Positions 31,744 to 42,656 of a stretch of DNA of 64,000 bases are shown piece after piece. The stretch lies in assembly GCA_030682655.1 (NCBI GenBank), contig JAUXNU010000045.1:9909-73908 (forward strand), read 5' to 3'. Source of the stretch: Actinomycetota bacterium (GTDB lineage Bacteria > Actinomycetota > Coriobacteriia > Anaerosomatales > JAUXNU01). Numbering within the stretch: the first letter of the stretch is position 1; every line of letters begins with the position of its first letter. The notes beneath the pieces are model-generated. The model ran no database searches. It worked only from the letters and a program-made list of their open reading frames with translations, and was not told where the DNA came from. The translations under genes and the position numbers were made by a program.

Positions 31744-33538
31744 CGACCTTCAGGATGGCCATGAAAGCTTCCTGTGGCACTTCGACGTTGCCGACGGCCT
31801 TCATGCGCTTCTTGCCCTTCTTCTGTTTCTCAAGCAGCTTGCGCTTCCGCGTGATGTCGCCGCCGTAGCACTTCGCCAGCACGTCCTTGCGCTTCGCGCG
31901 CACGGTCTCTCGCGCCAGGATGCGTCCGCCGATGGCCGCCTGGATGGGCACCTCGAACATCTGCCGCGGGATGATCGCGCGCAGCTTCTCGGTGAGCACC
32001 TTGCCTCGTTGGTAGGCCTTGTCCTTGTGGACGATGAACGACAGCGCATCAACAGGCTTGCCCGCAAGCAGTATGTCTAATTTGACGAGGTGGCTCGATC
32101 GATACCCGATGAATTCGTAGTCCAGTGAGGCATACCCCCGCGTGCGGCTCTTGAGCTGGTCGAAGAAGTCCATGATGAGCTCGGAAAGCGGTATCTCGTA
32201 GTGCATCTCGACGGTGGTCGCCGATAGATACTGCATGTCCTTGAAGGTGCCACGACGCTGTTCGGAGAGTTCCATCACGGCGCCGACGTGGTCAGGAGGC
32301 ACAAGAATCGTCGCCCGCAAGTAGGGCTCCTCGATGCGCTCGATCGCGCCGGCGTCGGGCATGTCCTGGGGCGAGTGCACGTCCGCATGCTCACCGTTCG
32401 TCTTGTAGACGTGGAACTCCACGCTCGGAGCCGTAGCCAGAAGATCCAGGTCGAACTCCCGCTCGAGCCGCTCCTTGATGACCTCCATATGAAGCAGGCC
32501 AAGGAAGCCCACGCGGAATCCGAATCCCAGCGCATGGCTCGTCTCGGGCTCGTAGATCAGCGCCGGGTCGTTGAGCGTGAGCTTGTCGAGTGCGTCCCGC
32601 AGATCCGGGTACTGGTCGCCGTCGATCGGAAAGAGTCCCGTGTAGACCATCGGCTTGACCTCGCGGTAGCCCGGAAGAGGCTCCTGGGCTCCGTTCTTCG
32701 CAAGTGTGACCGTGTCGCCTACCTTCACAAGGGCGGGGTCCTTCAGACCGGTGATAAGGTATCCGACCTCGCCGACACCGAGCGTGTCCACCGGCACGTT
32801 GGCGGGTCGGCGCACACCGACCTCCTCCACTTCGGTGACGGTCTTCGTGGCCATGAGGCGCACCTTCATGCCCTTGGACACGCTGCCGTCGATGATCCGG
32901 ATGAGGGCGACGACACCCCTGTAGGCATCGAAGTACGAGTCGAAGATGAGGGCTTTCAGCGGTGCGTCCGGATCGCCCTTCGGAGGCGGCACGCGACGAA
33001 CGACGGCCTCAAGCGCCTCGCGTACGCCTTCGCCGGTCTTGCCCGACGCCAGAATCGCGTCCTGGGCAGGTACCGCGAGCACCTCCTCGATCTCGTGACG
33101 CACGCGATCGGGATCGGAGGCGGGCAGGTCGATCTTGTTGATAAGCGGGATGACCTCGAGGTGGGCGTTCATGGCGAGCTGCGCGTTGGCGACGGTCTGC
33201 GCCTCGACTCCTTGGGCTGCATCCACAACCAGAAGCGCGCCCTCGCACGCCTGCAGGGATCGGCTGACCTCATAGGTGAAGTCGACGTGGCCCGGAGTGT
33301 CGATCAGGTTGAGTTGGTAGGTCACACCATCGCTCGACTCGAAGAGGACACGCACCGCCTGGGACTTGATCGTGATACCGCGCTCCCGCTCGATGTCCAT
33401 CGAGTCGAGGACCTGCTCCTTCATGTCGCGCTCTTCGATAGTGTGCGTCAGCTCGAGCACACGGTCGGCGAGCGTGGACTTGCCGTGGTCGATGTGCGCG
33501 ACGATCGAGAAGTTGCGGATGTGTTTGGGGTCAGTCAT
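31736..33538 (-). CDS. lepA: Translation elongation factor 4
   Basis: [33 protein letters not shown], and the LepA-specific C-terminus ..[23 protein letters not shown]. Confidence 0.96.
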   Translation of the reverse strand: MTDPKHIRNFSIVAHIDHGKSTLADRVLELTHTIEERDMKEQVLDSMDIERERGITIKSQAVRVLFESSDGVTYQLNLIDTPGHVDFTYEVSRSLQACEGALLVVDAAQGVEAQTVANAQLAMNAHLEVIPLINKIDLPASDPDRVRHEIEEVLAVPAQDAILASGKTGEGVREALEAVVRRVPPPKGDPDAPLKALIFDSYFDAYRGVVALIRIIDGSVSKGMKVRLMATKTVTEVEEVGVRRPANVPVDTLGVGEVGYLITGLKDPALVKVGDTVTLAKNGAQEPLPGYREVKPMVYTGLFPIDGDQYPDLRDALDKLTLNDPALIYEPETSHALGFGFRVGFLGLLHMEVIKERLEREFDLDLLATAPSVEFHVYKTNGEHADVHSPQDMPDAGAIERIEEPYLRATILVPPDHVGAVMELSEQRRGTFKDMQYLSATTVEMHYEIPLSELIMDFFDQLKSRTRGYASLDYEFIGYRSSHLVKLDILLAGKPVDALSFIVHKDKAYQRGKVLTEKLRAIIPRQMFEVPIQAAIGGRILARETVRAKRKDVLAKCYGGDITRKRKLLEKQKKGKKRMKAVGNVEVPQEAFMAILKVDE

Positions 33539-33702
33539 GGGAGCGTTAGCATATCAGGGGCATCGGGGCGGAGGAAGAAGCAGACGCCTGGTCCGCCTCA
33601 TGCGTGACGGTTGGCCACACCTGACGCCGTGTGCTAACATCGCAGGGTTCGTCCGCACCCCACTGCGGAGGGCACCACCTGAATCGGAAGGAACGACTGA
33701 AC

Positions 33703-33969
33703 GTGGCCAACATCAAGAGCCAGAAGAAGCGCATCCTCACCAACGAGAAGGCCCGGCTGCGCAACAAGGCGGTCAAGTCCGAACTGAAGACGGCTGCCAA
33801 GAAGGTCGAAACCGCCGTCGCCGCGGGCGACGCGGACACTGCCAAGCAGGCTGCCGCCGAGGCGTCTCGCATGTTCGACAGGGCCGTGAGTAAGGGCGTC
33901 GTCCACAAGAATCACGCCGCCAACCGCAAGTCCGGCCTCACCAAGCGCGCGAACTCGGTCGACGCCTAG
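33703..33969 (+). CDS. rpsT: 30S ribosomal protein S20
   Basis: (M)ANIKSQKKRILTNEKARLRNKAVKSELKT..HKNHAANRKS. GTG start at 33703. Confidence 0.93.
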   Translation: MANIKSQKKRILTNEKARLRNKAVKSELKTAAKKVETAVAAGDADTAKQAAAEASRMFDRAVSKGVVHKNHAANRKSGLTKRANSVDA

Positions 33970-34946
33970 CTGCACACTCCGACCAACCATCTCTCGAACG
34001 CGAGCCGGGGATCCCGGCTCGTCTTCATTTCCGCGTCGGTTCGCGCGGCATCCCGCAGGGCATCGATGAGCTCATCGGAAGAGAAACGCGCCGCCTGCCG
34101 CATCAGACTCTTCCCCTGCCAAGGAGCCACGCCCACTTCACGGGCGATGCTCTCGGGAGACGGTGTCCCACCGCGTCGATCGACGAGGGCGCGTGTCGAA
34201 AGCAGGTTGCGGACGTGGCGCAACGTCATGGCCTGGACGCCGTGGATGGACTCCCCCTCCGACATGAGGCCCGAAAGGAGCCGGAGAGCCTGTTTGCAGT
34301 CGCGAGAGCCGATGGCATCCAGGAAGTCGAAGATCGAAGTCGGCGCCGTGGTCGACATGACCTGCTCGATGTCTTCACGCGACAGCGTGTCATCGGCAGG
34401 GTTGAACGCGATGACCTTGTCCATCTCGATCGCAAGTTTGCGCAGGTCGTAGCCGACCGCGCGAACGAGGACTTCCGCACCGTCGATTCCGACCCTCTTG
34501 CCACGTTCGCCGAACATCTCCACGACCTTGCGCGGATACTCGCGCTTGGTGGGAGCCTTGTACTCGGCGACCCCGCCAAGTGAGTCGACGGCCTTGTATA
34601 TGCGCAGATTCTTGGCGATCTTCTCGGCCACGAGCACGAGTGTCGTGTCGGGATTGGGGTCCTTGGCGTAGTCCGCCAGAACGCCCAGATCGTCGGTGGC
34701 CAGCTTGTCGGCCTTGCGTACGATGACAAGTCTGCGGTCGGACATGAACGGTAGCGTGTTCGCCGCAGCGACGATCTGGTGCGCATCGGCGCTTTCGCCG
34801 TCAAACACGTCCATGTTGAACTCGAGGTCCGCGCCGGCGCCGTCTGCAAGTCGCTTCCTCAGGCGATCCACGGCCTGGTCGAGAAGGAGGTCCTCGGGGC
34901 CGTAGATGAGGTATACGGTCTTGAGGTCAGCAAGCCCTGACGACAT
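33966..34946 (-). CDS. holA: DNA polymerase III delta subunit
   Basis: YLIYGPEDLLL N-terminus, ~326 aa. Sits in the conserved position between comEC and rpsT. Confidence 0.85.
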   Translation of the reverse strand: MSSGLADLKTVYLIYGPEDLLLDQAVDRLRKRLADGAGADLEFNMDVFDGESADAHQIVAAANTLPFMSDRRLVIVRKADKLATDDLGVLADYAKDPNPDTTLVLVAEKIAKNLRIYKAVDSLGGVAEYKAPTKREYPRKVVEMFGERGKRVGIDGAEVLVRAVGYDLRKLAIEMDKVIAFNPADDTLSREDIEQVMSTTAPTSIFDFLDAIGSRDCKQALRLLSGLMSEGESIHGVQAMTLRHVRNLLSTRALVDRRGGTPSPESIAREVGVAPWQGKSLMRQAARFSSDELIDALRDAARTDAEMKTSRDPRLAFERWLVGVCS

Positions 34947-35034
34947 GGTTATCCTCGGTCCGACGGGAGTCGTGAAGGGGGACGCGTGCCGGAGAATTGT
35001 CGCACACCTCGCGCCGCCGATGCCACGACGCCTG

Positions 35035-37356
35035 TCAGGGCGCGGGGCCGTGGTCGGTCCTGACCCTCATGCCTGATCGACCAGGGATGACTACGACGTC
35101 GCCGCTGTGGTCCGTCCGGAAGGTCCTGACTCCCGCTCCGGCAAGTTCGGAGATGGTGGAGGGCGCCGGGTGACCGAAGTCGTTGTCTGCTCCCACGCTC
35201 ACGACCGCCACGCTTGCGCCGAGGATTCCCCATGCCGTTCCGTCGATGCCCCCGGAGCTGCCGTGGTGCGGGACCTTCACGACCACGCACGAGGTCAGCT
35301 CCCCGCTGCGCATCAGATACCGGTAGATCGGTTCCTCGGCATCCCCGGTCAAGAGAGCTCGGAAGGATCCGCTCGATGCTTCGATCACTAGCGAGGCCTC
35401 GTTCTCCGACTCGCACGTCGTGCCGCGCTCAGGCGAGAGCACGCGGAGACGCCACGTCCCAAAGTCGAGCACATCTGGGTACGCCAGAAAAGCCGTGTCC
35501 GGATTGCGGGCCCTGATCGTCTTCGCGGCGCGCACAAGTCCTTCTTCATCACCGGCGGCGCTCACGAACACGCGCTCAACCCGTACAACTCCGGCAAGCG
35601 CGGCCGCACCACCTGTGTGATCCTCGTGCCCGTGAGTCAGAATGACCGCGTCGAGGGCACGCACGCGCTGACGTGCAAGGGCCTCTCTCAGCTCGCGCCG
35701 GTCCGGGCCGGTGTCTATCAGCACAGCATGGGTTGCGTCACGAACGAGAATCGCGTCTCCTTGGCCGACATCGAGCACGACGATCTCGGCGGTTCGCGTC
35801 GCAGGCATCCCCACCCACAGCACTGCAAGCATCAGACAAGCCGCGCCCGTTGTCCGTATGCGACCCGGCGTCCGGGGGTGCGGCCATGCTGCCCACGCGA
35901 GGAGACACGCCGAACCAATCCCTCCCGCAAGCAGCCACGCATGGCCTCCCACCGCAATGGCAGCGAATGGGACCCGTGCCAGGCGCTCGATCCCCCACGC
36001 GAGCGCTCCAAGCACCCGGGAGGCCGTCCACAGGAGCGCATTCCCGGGAGCGGACAGCGGACCGCTCGCGAGAAGACCTGCCAGCCCGCCAGCGAGTGCC
36101 GCGCCAGTCACCGGCACCGCGATGAGATTGGCGATCGGCGACACGAGCGAAAGCGTGCCGAAGAGAGGAATCGCCAGAGGCAAGGTGACCAACTGCGCTG
36201 TGACGCACACGGCCAGGGGGCCTGCGATCCGGCGGACGCGGGAAGGCAGGGCTACTGCCAACCACTCCTCGGCCAACGGAGCGATAGACACCAGGCCCGC
36301 GACAGCGGCGACAGACAGACGCAGGCCGACCGAGAACGCGTTCGTTGGGTCGAAGGACAGCAGAACGAGAACTGCCGCCGCAAGAGAGGCGAGCGGATCG
36401 GCACGCCGCGCGCCGATCGCCGCCGCCGCCGCGACACCGGCCATGGCGAGAGCACGCAGCGACGACGGCTGACATCCGCTCATCAGCGTGTAGGCCAGAC
36501 TCCCTGCCATGACCGCCGCTATCGAAGCGCCCCGGCGCACCTGAAACGCCCGGCAAGCGCCTGCGCAGAAGCCCGCCACGATCGCCAGGTGCGTGCCCGA
36601 GACCGCCAGAAGATGTGACAGGCCCGTCGTGGCGACGTCACGTTCAAGATCGGTGCCTCGTATCCCCTCGCGGTAGCCGAGCAGGATGCCAAGGGCAAGC
36701 GGTTCTCCCCGCCCGCCTATCCGCTCAATGCGCTCGCGCGCACGCTCTCGCAGACGCATGACCGCGCCCGAGAGCCCGGGTGCCCATCCAGTCACGGTCG
36801 CGCGGTACGGGCTGCCCGAAGCCACAACGCCCGACGTCAGCGCGCGAGCACGGACGAGACGGTCCTCGGCGGGGGCAAGACGTCCCGAGAATCCCACCTG
36901 CTGACCGCACGCGGGCGGGGCTATGTCTCGCGGCCACCACAGCGACACTGCTGCGCCCGGAACCGGTCCGTCGAGGAGCCGCACCTCCACAAGCGTGCCG
37001 TCGCCGACGCGCCGGGCATCCGAGGCCACAGCCCCGGTCCATTGGCGCGAGCGCTGCGTCTCAAGTGCCAACCCGTCCCGCTCGAGACCGTCTGCTTTCG
37101 CGCAACCCACGGCAACGCCGGCGCAAATGGCGAGCGCGATCAGTGCCGCCGTTCGAACCGCCTCGGCACCACGAATCGCTACGACGGCCGACCCCGCGGC
37201 CGCGGCTGCGGCTGCCGGTATGAGCCACTCCGGGCGACCCCAGCCAACGATGGTCCCGGCCCAGAGTCCGACCGCGATCCACGCCAGGACGGGAATCGAA
37301 GGTCGCGTAGCGGTCGGACGGGCTCTACTTCCAGCTCTCCCAAGGTCCGCCGTCAC
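35035..37356 (-). CDS. comEC: DNA internalisation competence protein ComEC/Rec2 (with metallo-beta-lactamase domain)
   Basis: Polytopic central competence domain (GLSHLLAVSGTHL). C-terminal MBL motif ILTHGHEDHTGG..KVPHHGS. Confidence 0.9.
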   Translation of the reverse strand: MTADLGRAGSRARPTATRPSIPVLAWIAVGLWAGTIVGWGRPEWLIPAAAAAAAGSAVVAIRGAEAVRTAALIALAICAGVAVGCAKADGLERDGLALETQRSRQWTGAVASDARRVGDGTLVEVRLLDGPVPGAAVSLWWPRDIAPPACGQQVGFSGRLAPAEDRLVRARALTSGVVASGSPYRATVTGWAPGLSGAVMRLRERARERIERIGGRGEPLALGILLGYREGIRGTDLERDVATTGLSHLLAVSGTHLAIVAGFCAGACRAFQVRRGASIAAVMAGSLAYTLMSGCQPSSLRALAMAGVAAAAAIGARRADPLASLAAAVLVLLSFDPTNAFSVGLRLSVAAVAGLVSIAPLAEEWLAVALPSRVRRIAGPLAVCVTAQLVTLPLAIPLFGTLSLVSPIANLIAVPVTGAALAGGLAGLLASGPLSAPGNALLWTASRVLGALAWGIERLARVPFAAIAVGGHAWLLAGGIGSACLLAWAAWPHPRTPGRIRTTGAACLMLAVLWVGMPATRTAEIVVLDVGQGDAILVRDATHAVLIDTGPDRRELREALARQRVRALDAVILTHGHEDHTGGAAALAGVVRVERVFVSAAGDEEGLVRAAKTIRARNPDTAFLAYPDVLDFGTWRLRVLSPERGTTCESENEASLVIEASSGSFRALLTGDAEEPIYRYLMRSGELTSCVVVKVPHHGSSGGIDGTAWGILGASVAVVSVGADNDFGHPAPSTISELAGAGVRTFRTDHSGDVVVIPGRSGMRVRTDHGPAP

Positions 37357-37362
37357 CCGTCT

Positions 37363-38091
37363 TCACCTCACACAGGCCAGGTCCCGCAGCGCTTCAAGCT
37401 TCTTGGGGCCTATGCCAGACACCCGTGCGAGATCGTCGACGCTGGCGAACGGCCCGTTCTCCTCGCGGTCCTGCACGATGCGCGCCGCGGTGGCCGGACC
37501 CACACCCGGAAGCGTGTCGAGCGCCGTCAAGTCAGCCGTGTTCAGGTCGACGAGCGCCCCGGACGCGCCCTCGCTTCCCCCGGCGGCCACACCGGAGCTG
37601 CTCCCGCCTCCCACGTCAGCACCGCCGGCAGCATCCCACTCATCCTGCGTGGGTACTCGCACCTGCTCGCCGTCGACAACCAGGCGCGCCAGGTTCACAC
37701 CCTCTTGCGCCGCATTGCCAAGGAGCCCCCCCGCGGCGCGAATCGCATCGCCTGCCCGAGAGCCTGCGGGGAGTTCGTAGATGTCGGGAACCCTCACCGC
37801 GCCGACCACGTGCACCCACACAGTCGATGTGGTCTCCACCGCGGGGGCGACCGCCGATGTGACACTGCTCGCTGCGGCTTCGGCGGATACTGCGCCCTCG
37901 TAGCTGACTTCCTCGCCCCCGCCGGTCCTGCCACCACGCGCAAGCGTCCAGGCAACCGCAAGCGCGAGCACCGCCGCGACAGCGACCGCGACGTTTCGGC
38001 GCACGCCGGAGAGACCGGCACGTGTCGCAAGCTCATCGATTCGAGTTCGGAGATCCACCTGTACGTCCCATCGTCTCTCGCCGGAGACCAT
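37363..38091 (-). CDS. comEA: ComEA-like DNA-binding competence protein (SLBB + helix-hairpin-helix)
   Basis: TM anchor, then GAVRVPDIYELPAGSRAGDAI (SLBB). C-terminal HhH repeats VDLNTADLTALDTLPGVGPATAARIV..LARVSGIGPKKLEAL. Start is uncertain: 38091 or 38172. Confidence 0.85.
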   Translation of the reverse strand: MVSGERRWDVQVDLRTRIDELATRAGLSGVRRNVAVAVAAVLALAVAWTLARGGRTGGGEEVSYEGAVSAEAAASSVTSAVAPAVETTSTVWVHVVGAVRVPDIYELPAGSRAGDAIRAAGGLLGNAAQEGVNLARLVVDGEQVRVPTQDEWDAAGGADVGGGSSSGVAAGGSEGASGALVDLNTADLTALDTLPGVGPATAARIVQDREENGPFASVDDLARVSGIGPKKLEALRDLACVR

Positions 38092-38181
38092 GGGAACACG
38101 ACGACCTTTCCGCGCTCTTGCCGCAATCCAACCCGCGCGAGCCGGCGAGCACGCCGACCCGCGCTGCCCCACGCGCGGTGA

Positions 38182-40716
38182 CTACCCCGCGACCACCACG
38201 CTCACGAGCTTGTCGGGGACGACAACGACCTTCCTCACGTCCTTGCCCTCCACCCAGCTCGCGACCTCGGTGAGCGCAACCGTGATCACGTCCTCCTCGG
38301 CAAGGCCCACCTCCACGGTGATCTTGCCGCGGACCTTCCCGTTGACCTGGACGGCCATCTCGGTCACGTCGGCGGCGGCGGCACTCGCGTCGTAGGCGGG
38401 CCACGATTCGCGGTGCACCGAATCCCCATGGCCAAGGACCTCGCGCCACAGCTCCTCGGCCATGTGCGGCACGAAGGGCGCGAGTAGGCGCGTGATCGTC
38501 TCGGCGACGTCGCGCACGAGTGCTAGGTCGCGCGAACCCGCGGCAACAGCGTTGCGGTAGTCGTAAGCGGCGTTCGTGAGCTCCATCAGCGCGGCGATCG
38601 CGGTGTTGAGCTGGAATCGGCGAATGTCGCCCTCGACCTTGTCGATGACGCGGTGCATCTCGCGGTGCAGCGTCTTGGCCGTCTCGTCACCCGACGCGGC
38701 GACGCCGCAGCCCGCCGCTGTCTCCTCGGCAGACTCGGCGACGAGGCGCCAGACGCGGCCGAGCCAGCGAAACATGCCGTCGAGCCCCTCGTAGGACCAC
38801 TCGAGGTCCTTGTCGGGCGGCGCCATGAACAGGATGTAAGCGCGTAGTGCATCGCACCCGTACTTGGCGATCATGTCTTCGGGGGCGACGACGTTGCCCT
38901 TGGACTTGCTCATGACCTCGCCGTCCATCTTCACCATGCCCTGCGTGAGCAGGTTCGTGAACGGCTCGCCGAACTGCACGAGCCCCATATCGCGGAAGAC
39001 TTTCGTGAAGAACCGCGAGTAGAGCAGGTGCAGGATCGCGTGCTCGATGCCGCCGATGTACTGATCTACCGGCATCCAGTAGTCGGCCTTCGACGTCTCC
39101 CAGATCGCTTCGGCGTTGCGCGCGTCGGTGTAGCGCAGGTAGTACCAGCTCGAGCACGTGAACGTGTCCATGGTGTCGGTCTCGCGCTTGGCGGGGCCGC
39201 CGCACTTCGGGCACGTCGTCTCGTAGAACTCGGGATGGTCCGCCAGTGTCTCGCCCTTGGTGATGTCGACGCCTCCCGGCAGCTCGATGGGCAGCTGCTC
39301 CTCGGGCACCGGCACAAGGCCGCACGCCGGGCAGTGGACCGCCGGAATCGGGTTGCCCCAGTAGCGCTGCCGAGAGATCAGCCAGTCGCGCAGGCGGAAG
39401 TTGATCGAGAACCGGCCCTGGCCACGCTCATCGAGCCACTCGGTGACCGCGCGCATGCCCTCGCTCGCCTTGCCACCGGGCATGCCGGTGAACTCGCCGG
39501 ACTGCACCATGATGCCGGGGCCGTCGTAGGCCTCATCCCACGGCACGTCCTCGCGCAGCCGCTGCGGAACATCCCGAAGCTCGCCAAGGAGCGCGTCGTC
39601 CTCGGCCACCACCACCGGCGGGATCGGCAGCCCATACTTCCGGGCGAATTCGAAGTCGCGCTGGTCACCGCTCGGAACGGCCATGACCGCGCCGGTTCCG
39701 TAGTCCATCAGCACGTAGTTGCTCACCCAGATCGGCACCTTCTCGCCGTTGACAGGGTTCACCACGTAGCGTCCCGTGAACGCGCCGATCTTCTCCGCCT
39801 CGCCGCTCGCACGCTCGACCGCCGTCTCACGTGCCGCCGTGTCCACCACGGCGCGTACGGGAGCCGCGTACTCGGTTCCATGCACGAGCTCGTGAACGAG
39901 CGAGTGCTCCGGTGCAAGCAGGAAGAACGTGCAGCCAAAGAGCGTGTCCGGCCGCGTCGTGAACACAGCGATCCTCTGATCGGTCGGCTCACCGGCAGCA
40001 TCGCAGAGCGTGAACTCGACCTCGGCGCCCTCGGAGCGCCCGATCCAGTTCGCCTGCATCGTCTTGACGCGGTCGGGCCAGCCCGTCAGCGTGTCGAGGT
40101 CGTCGAGCAGCTCTTGGGCATACTCGGTGATCTTGAAGTACCACTGCTCGAGGTCACGCTTCCCCACCACGCTCTTGCAGCGCCAGCACACGCCTTCGCC
40201 GATGACCTGCTCGTTCGCAAGCACGGTCTTGCAGCTGGGGCACCAGTTCACCGGCGACTTACGCCGCTCGACCAGACCGCGTTCCCAGAACTTCAGGAAG
40301 ATCCACTGCCCCCAGCGGTAGTACTCAACGTCGCTCGAAGCAAGTTTGCGGTCCCAGTCGTAGCTGAACCCCATGCGCCGGAACGACGCTTCCTGACGTG
40401 CGATGTTGGCGTGCGTCCAGGTCGCCGGATGAGTATTGCTCTTGATCGCGGCATTCTCCGCTGGCAGACCGAACGAGTCCCACCCCATCGGGTGAAGCAC
40501 CTTGCGCCCGGTCATCGTGAAGTACCGCGCCACGACATCGCCGATGGTGTAGTTGCGCACATGGCCCATGTGGATGTCGCCCGAGGGGTACGGAAACATC
40601 TCCAGGAGGTAGTACTTCGGCTTGGTCTCGTCCTCGATCACCGAGTAGAGCCGGTCGCTCTCCCAGACCTGCTGCCACTTCTCCTCGATCGAATGCGGGT
40701 CGTACTTCGATGCCAC
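38182..40716 (-). CDS. leuS: Leucine--tRNA ligase
   Basis: [18 protein letters not shown]-type motif [16 protein letters not shown]-type motif [11 protein letters not shown] 40716 lies 5 nt after GGAGG. Confidence 0.95.
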   Translation of the reverse strand: MASKYDPHSIEEKWQQVWESDRLYSVIEDETKPKYYLLEMFPYPSGDIHMGHVRNYTIGDVVARYFTMTGRKVLHPMGWDSFGLPAENAAIKSNTHPATWTHANIARQEASFRRMGFSYDWDRKLASSDVEYYRWGQWIFLKFWERGLVERRKSPVNWCPSCKTVLANEQVIGEGVCWRCKSVVGKRDLEQWYFKITEYAQELLDDLDTLTGWPDRVKTMQANWIGRSEGAEVEFTLCDAAGEPTDQRIAVFTTRPDTLFGCTFFLLAPEHSLVHELVHGTEYAAPVRAVVDTAARETAVERASGEAEKIGAFTGRYVVNPVNGEKVPIWVSNYVLMDYGTGAVMAVPSGDQRDFEFARKYGLPIPPVVVAEDDALLGELRDVPQRLREDVPWDEAYDGPGIMVQSGEFTGMPGGKASEGMRAVTEWLDERGQGRFSINFRLRDWLISRQRYWGNPIPAVHCPACGLVPVPEEQLPIELPGGVDITKGETLADHPEFYETTCPKCGGPAKRETDTMDTFTCSSWYYLRYTDARNAEAIWETSKADYWMPVDQYIGGIEHAILHLLYSRFFTKVFRDMGLVQFGEPFTNLLTQGMVKMDGEVMSKSKGNVVAPEDMIAKYGCDALRAYILFMAPPDKDLEWSYEGLDGMFRWLGRVWRLVAESAEETAAGCGVAASGDETAKTLHREMHRVIDKVEGDIRRFQLNTAIAALMELTNAAYDYRNAVAAGSRDLALVRDVAETITRLLAPFVPHMAEELWREVLGHGDSVHRESWPAYDASAAAADVTEMAVQVNGKVRGKITVEVGLAEEDVITVALTEVASWVEGKDVRKVVVVPDKLVSVVVAG

Positions 40717-40826
40717 AACGGCCTCCGTGAAATGCGGGAACGGACTCCTTGGCATGATAGCCGAGGAGAGGCATGCGCGAAACGGCGGACGGCTGACACG
40801 CTGCGTGCACGACGGCGCGCGGCGCA

Positions 40827-41225
40827 CTACTCGGTGACCACGACCCCGACCGTGAAGGCGTCTTGAGCCGGTTGCGTGGTCTCCCACGAACGGCGGTACT
40901 CGAGACGAAGCGACCCCTCGCCCGTCCCCGATGGCTCCAGGTGCATCGTGAGGATACCCGGCGCGCCGATGGCATTCGAATCGAGCTGGAAATCCGGCTC
41001 GCCGACGAGCGTGAGTACCCCTCCATCATCGGCGACCGTCCAGTTGTAGCCCGTGCTCGGGTTCGCCGGCAGCGAGACATCCAGGGTCTGGTCCTGCCGC
41101 ATCTTGACGATAGAGCCTTCGTCGTCCACGCCGATCTTCACGACGTCGCTGGACCTGCAGCCAGCGAGCACTACAGCGGCAACCGCGAGTGTCGCCAGGA
41201 GCACGTATGTGAGCCTTGTGCGCAT
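40827..41225 (-). CDS. Chagasin-family (I42) peptidase-inhibitor-like lipoprotein
   Basis: Lipobox VVLAGC after the signal peptide [17 protein letters not shown]. Family motif NPSTGYNW. ~110-aa beta-rich domain. Confidence 0.7.
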   Translation of the reverse strand: MRTRLTYVLLATLAVAAVVLAGCRSSDVVKIGVDDEGSIVKMRQDQTLDVSLPANPSTGYNWTVADDGGVLTLVGEPDFQLDSNAIGAPGILTMHLEPSGTGEGSLRLEYRRSWETTQPAQDAFTVGVVVTE

Positions 41226-41293
41226 GTGTTCCTCCCTATGGAAGTCCGTCCCCATCACTGTGACGCCACAAACGGCGTGCAGGTTCGCGCACG

Positions 41294-41366
41294 GCTGCAA
41301 AGGGCGCACGCAAAGAAGCCCGCCGGTTTCCCGACGGGCTTCGAAGTCCTCTCGGTGGAGCCAAGG
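41294..41366. repeat. Distal direct repeat (att-like) of the tRNA-Ala island
   Basis: 73 nt aligning without gaps to 50846..50918 with 9 mismatches by hand count. The last 13 nt GGTGGAGCCAAGG are identical to the 3' end of tRNA-Ala. Contains the hairpin GAAGCCCGCCGG-TTTC-CCGACGGGCTTC (41315..41342). Confidence 0.8.
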
Positions 41367-41427
41367 CATGGTCGGTCGAGAGGATCTCGCCTAGCCGGGC
41401 GCGAGCACGCGCGTGACGCCACGCCAA

Positions 41428-41460
41428 GGCCCGAACGGTTCAGGTTCTCACCGTCGGGCC
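41428..41460 (-). terminator. Hairpin downstream of the zinc-ribbon ORF (weak terminator candidate)
   Basis: GGCCCGAACGG ... CCGTCGGGCC stem with one bulge and a 12-nt loop. Only a weak T tract follows. Confidence 0.25.
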
Positions 41461-41475
41461 GTGACGCACGCCAGT

Positions 41476-41613
41476 CTACTGCTTAACGAAGACCGTCTTG
41501 CTGCAGTTGGGGCACGGCGGGAGCGTATCCGTCGTGTCGTCCAAGTGAACCAGCTGCCCGCAGTTCGTGCACTTGTACGTGCCCTTGCCCGGCTTCTCGC
41601 CCGTGGTCGGCAT
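41476..41613 (-). CDS. Small zinc-ribbon protein (45 aa), not in the ORF track
   Basis: Own translation: MPTTGEKPGKGTYKCTNCGQLVHLDDTTDTLPPCPNCSKTVFVKQ*. Two CxxC pairs. Strong RBS GGAGGGAGG upstream of the ATG. Confidence 0.6.
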   Translation of the reverse strand: MPTTGEKPGKGTYKCTNCGQLVHLDDTTDTLPPCPNCSKTVFVKQ

Positions 41614-41746
41614 TACCACACCTCCCTCCGCACGCAACGTCTTGCACTGCCGCGAAGATCAGTCTGCGCCCCGAGTCTGACATCGGAAGCGAAGCGAGCG
41701 GTCGGTTGATTCAGCTGCCCGCCGCCGGCCCGAACCGCCGCGACGT

Positions 41747-42655
41747 CTACTCTTCGATGAAGAAGTCCTCGTCGAGCCGGTTCACGACGTACGTCGCGGC
41801 CTCCGTCACGCCGACGCCGTGATCAATCATCAGTTCGGCCAGTTGCTCGCCGTCGATCAGAACGATTCGCTTGTCGATGCGCCGAACGTAGTCACGCGCC
41901 TCGGCCGAGAACCTCGACGTGGTGATGAAGACACCTTTGCTCGCGCCCTGCCCCATGAGGCTGCCAGCGAAAGCCTGAATCTCCGGCCGTCCCACGTTGT
42001 TGGCCCAACGCTTCGCCTGGATGTAGACGACGTCGAGTCCGAGCTTGTCTTCCTTGATGATGCCGTCGATGCCATCGTCACCGCTGCGGCCGACGGCCTG
42101 ACCAGCGTCTGCAAGCGAGCCGCCGTAGCCCATCGTCACCAACAGCTTGACCACCAGCTGCTCGAAGAACCGAGGCGAAACCGCACCCACCCGCTCCATC
42201 ATCAGCTGCGCGAGATCCGAGCGCAGGGACTGGTAGCCGTTCTCCATGAGTTCTTCTGGAGTCTGGTCGCTCGCGTCCTCGCCCGCCGAGGAGTGCTCTG
42301 CCTGCGTGTGTGACCGATTCTTGAACTCTAGGAACTCCGGAAACTGCTTCAGAAATGCGTTGTTGATGGGTCCTGTGTGTGCAGCCAGCGTGTCCCGCCC
42401 GCGCTCAGTGATGCGCAGGATTCCCCTGGCAGGGCGCTCCACCAAGCCGGCTTGGCTCAGGTACGTCGCCGCCCATCCCGCGCGATTGTCGAAGGTTGCC
42501 TGACGGCCGCTTGGAAGAAGCTCGGCGCGGTCCGTCTCGGAGACACCGGTGGCAGTCGCCAGCGCATCCTTCGCGTCGGCCCATCTCCAATCGCCCCCGT
42601 CACCAAGCGACTTGAGCAGTGGCGACATCATCGACTGGTAGTCCGGAACGGTCAT
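41747..42655 (-). CDS. mrr: Mrr-like restriction endonuclease (Mrr_N winged helix + Mrr catalytic domain)
   Basis: N-terminus MTVPDYQSMMSPLLKSL..ATYLSQAGLVERPARGILRITERG. Catalytic core GRSGDDGIDGIIKEDKLGLDVVYIQAKRW (D..QxK). The ATG lies 1 nt after the stop of the upstream methyltransferase fusion. Confidence 0.88.
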   Translation of the reverse strand: MTVPDYQSMMSPLLKSLGDGGDWRWADAKDALATATGVSETDRAELLPSGRQATFDNRAGWAATYLSQAGLVERPARGILRITERGRDTLAAHTGPINNAFLKQFPEFLEFKNRSHTQAEHSSAGEDASDQTPEELMENGYQSLRSDLAQLMMERVGAVSPRFFEQLVVKLLVTMGYGGSLADAGQAVGRSGDDGIDGIIKEDKLGLDVVYIQAKRWANNVGRPEIQAFAGSLMGQGASKGVFITTSRFSAEARDYVRRIDKRIVLIDGEQLAELMIDHGVGVTEAATYVVNRLDEDFFIEE

Positions 42656-42656
42656 C

